Assembly (NCBI RefSeq): GCF_036588685.1
Contig: NC_086378.1
Span: 28,458,001-28,522,000 of the forward strand
Length of the DNA: 64,000 nucleotides
Origin: Mytilus trossulus
Lineage: Eukaryota
Direction: 5' to 3'
Shown one piece after another: positions 61,022-64,000 of the stretch. The first letter of the stretch is position 1, and every line of letters begins with the position of its first letter. Position numbers and translations under genes: made by a program. The notes under the pieces are model-generated. The model saw only the letters and a program-made list of their open reading frames with translations, was not told the DNA's origin and made no database searches.

Positions 61022-64000
61022 CTTTAGGTGTCAGACCACCAATTACTCCCTCCAATTTAGAATGTATGTAAAAGTAGCCCTACTCTGACACAAAATAGTG
61101 CTTTTGATGTCCTTGTTTACTTAAAATAACCAACAAATTTGCAGAAATGAAACTTTTGGTGAAAGAGAAATATATCTAGATCATTTTGAGCCAAAATTTA
61201 CTTGTCTATGAGTTTGCATTAAAAATTGAGGATTAATGCGCTCCATAGTATACTAATTTTAGATTTCCAGAAAACCAGTTTTTTTTTTGGAGTACCTCTA
61301 TTTGGAGGTCAGTTATTTTGTTAGAAGGCTTTAAAGGTATGGTGAAAATTGGCATGTAGAAAGCTGATACATGTACAATTAAGGATATACCTGGTTTCTA
61401 TGAAGTTAAACTTAAGGTAAAATATTTAGAAAGCTGTGAAAATTGCAAAATTTGGTTGAACAGATAGGGATTTTTAATTGGTGGTCTGACACCTTTAAGA
61501 GAAATGCGGTGAAACCCAAAATTCAGAAAACAATTGATTTTTTGGTCTTAACTGATCATTTGATATAATAGTAGCCACATTTTAATCTTTTTTGGAGCAA
61601 AAAGTCACATATTGCAAATTTAGAGCCTTAAACCTGAATGTGTGCTATTTTTAGCTTTTCCCACCCTGACAATATGCTTTCATATAAAAAATGTAATAAA
61701 TTGTTATAAATGCACAGTAAGTTGTTTCTGTGGTGTTAAACATTTAAACCTAGGTTGATTGCTACCCCAAAAAAATTGTCGTCATGAAGATTTGATGAAA
61801 TTATTTGATTTTTACCCCTTATATCATTGCGGCATACCATGTATATGGCAGTTAACATAGCCTGATATAAACACTGCATAAACTCACAAAAATCTCATTT
61901 ATTATCCCAAATGAAAGTTTTATACTTTAAATTTTATTGACTGATAGTACAGAAAACAGTTAAATGACCATGACTGCACTTTTGATCAGTTAATAGTCCC
62001 ATTACTGACACCAGGTGTAAAAAAGGGGGGTCAATATTCCTTGACTCTTCAATACCTTGGATTTTTTATTAAACTCATTGTAAAAATTGTGGAAAGTCTT
62101 TAAAGCAGTAGAACAAACAAGGAAAAATCAACAAAAGCAGGTCTTGATATTGAAAGTTTATGTTTCTCTAGTCCATAATGAGATTTTCAAGTATTTTCTA
62201 TCAAAGGCTTACATTACAGTCAGTTTAAATTGAGCTGTTAAATTTGTAATATGAGTCGCATTTTGCTCAGAAAGGATGTTTTTAACTTCAAATTGACTAA
62301 GGATTAAGAATTAACAAAACAAAAGATTTCAGATCAACTTTTTTTGCTCTTTAGGTGTCAGACCACCAATTACTCCCTCCAATTTAGAATGTATGTAAAA
62401 GTAGCCCTACTCTGACACAAAATAGTGCTTTTGATGTCCTTGTTTACTTAAAATAACCAACAAATTTGCAGAAATGAAACTTTTGGTGAAAGAGAAATAT
62501 ATCTAGATCATTTTGAGCCAAAATTTACTTGTCTATGAGTTTGCATTAAAAATTGAGGATTAATGCGCTCCATAGTATACTAATTTTAGATTTCCAGAAA
62601 ACCAGTTTTTTTTTTTGGAGTACCTCTATTTGGAGGTCAGTTATTTTGTTAGAAGGCTTTAAAGGTATGGTGAAAATTGGCATGTAGAAAGCTGATACAT
62701 GTACAATTAAGGATATACCTGGTTTCTATGAAGTTAAACTTAAGGTAAAATATTTAGAAAGCTGTGAAAATTGCAAAATTTGGTTGAACAGATAGGGATT
62801 TTTAATTGGTGGTCTGACACCTTTAAGAGAAATGCGGTGAAACCCAAAATTCAGAAAACAATTGATTTTTTGGTCTTAACTGATCATTTGATATAATAGT
62901 AGCCACATTTTAATCTTTTTTGGAGCAAAAAGTCACATATTGCAAATTTAGAGCCTTAAACCTGAATGTGTGCTATTTTTAGCTTTTCCCACCCTGACAA
63001 TATGCTTTCATATAAAAAATGTAATAAATTGTTATAAATGCACAGTAAGTTGTTTCTGTGGTGTTAAACATTTAAACCTAGGTTGATTGCTACCCCAAAA
63101 AAATTGTCGTCATGAAGATTTGATGAAATTATTTGATTTTTACCCCTTATATCATTGCGGCATACCATGTATATGGCAGTTAACATAGCCTGATATAAAC
63201 ACTGCATAAACTCACAAAAATCTCATTTATTATCCCAAATGAAAGTTTTATACTTTAAATTTTATTGACTGATAGTACAGAAAACAGTTAAATGACCATG
63301 ACTGCACTTTTGATCAGTTAATAGTCCCATTACTGACACCAGGTGTAAAAAAGGGGGGTCAATATTCCTTGACTCTTCAATACCTTGGATTTTTTATTAA
63401 ACTCATTGTAAAAATTGTGGAAAGTCTTTAAAGCAGTAGAACAAACAAGGAAAAATCAACAAAAGCAGGTCTTGATATTGAAAGTTTATGTTTCTCTAGT
63501 CCATAATGAGATTTTCAAGTATTTTCTATCAAAGGCTTACATTACAGTCAGTTTAAATTGAGCTGTTAAATTTGTAATATGAGTCGCATTTTGCTCAGAA
63601 AGGATGTTTTTAACTTCAAATTGACTAAGGATTAAGAATTAACAAAACAAAAGATTTCTGATCAACTTTTTTTGCTCTTTAGGTGTCAGACCACCAATTA
63701 CTCCCTCCAATTTAGAATGTATGTAAAAGTAGCCCTACTCTGACACAAAATAGTGCTTTTGATGTCCTTGTTTACTTAAAATAACCAACAAATTTGCAGA
63801 AATGAAACTTTTGGTGAAAGAGAAATATATCTAGATCATTTTGAGCCAAAATTTACTTGTCTATGAGTTTGCATTAAAAATTGAGGATTAATGCGCTCCA
63901 TAGTATACTAATTTTAGATTTCCAGAAAACCAGTTTTTTTTTTTGGAGTACCTCTATTTGGAGGTCAGTTATTTTGTTAGAAGGCTTTAAAGGTATGGTG
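61022..64000. repeat. 1327-bp head-to-tail macrosatellite (2.2+ near-identical units, truncated by the window); each unit begins with a 469-bp MITE
   Basis: ctttaggtgtcagaccacc at 61022, 62349, 63677; 20-bp TIRs aggtgtcagaccaccaatta (61026) / taattggtggtctgacacct (ends 61494) followed by TTAA. Confidence 0.93.

Overview
AT-rich, intron-containing animal DNA. The repeat families and hammerhead retrozymes suggest a bivalve, most likely Mytilus (inference). Main contents: (1) 1-15228 (+), the 3' half of an RGS-RhoGEF gene (LARG/PDZ-RhoGEF/RhoGEF2 type) in 12 phase-consistent exons, plus one candidate 54-nt cassette exon and a probable ~3.3-kb 3' UTR. (2) 22412-28230 (+), a complete, apparently very young Ngaro-type tyrosine-recombinase retrotransposon with split direct repeats (A1-gag-RT/RNaseH-YR-B1-A2-B2). 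It shows a 6-bp TAATGT recombination core, an A_AAA_AAC -1 frameshift site joining gag to an ATG-less pol frame, a branch point and acceptor in front of the YR frame, and a SAM-like N-terminal domain on Gag. (3) 39446-41072 (-), a two-exon luqin/RYamide-like neuropeptide GPCR. (4) Many ~350-nt retrozyme copies carrying type I hammerhead ribozymes (two intact cores), together with Penelope-like RT relics. (5) A Helentron-type element with a 502-bp internal tandem array whose empty paralogous site lies next to it, several MITEs, minisatellites, and a 1327-bp macrosatellite running off the window end. All calls were made by eye; no database searches were run.
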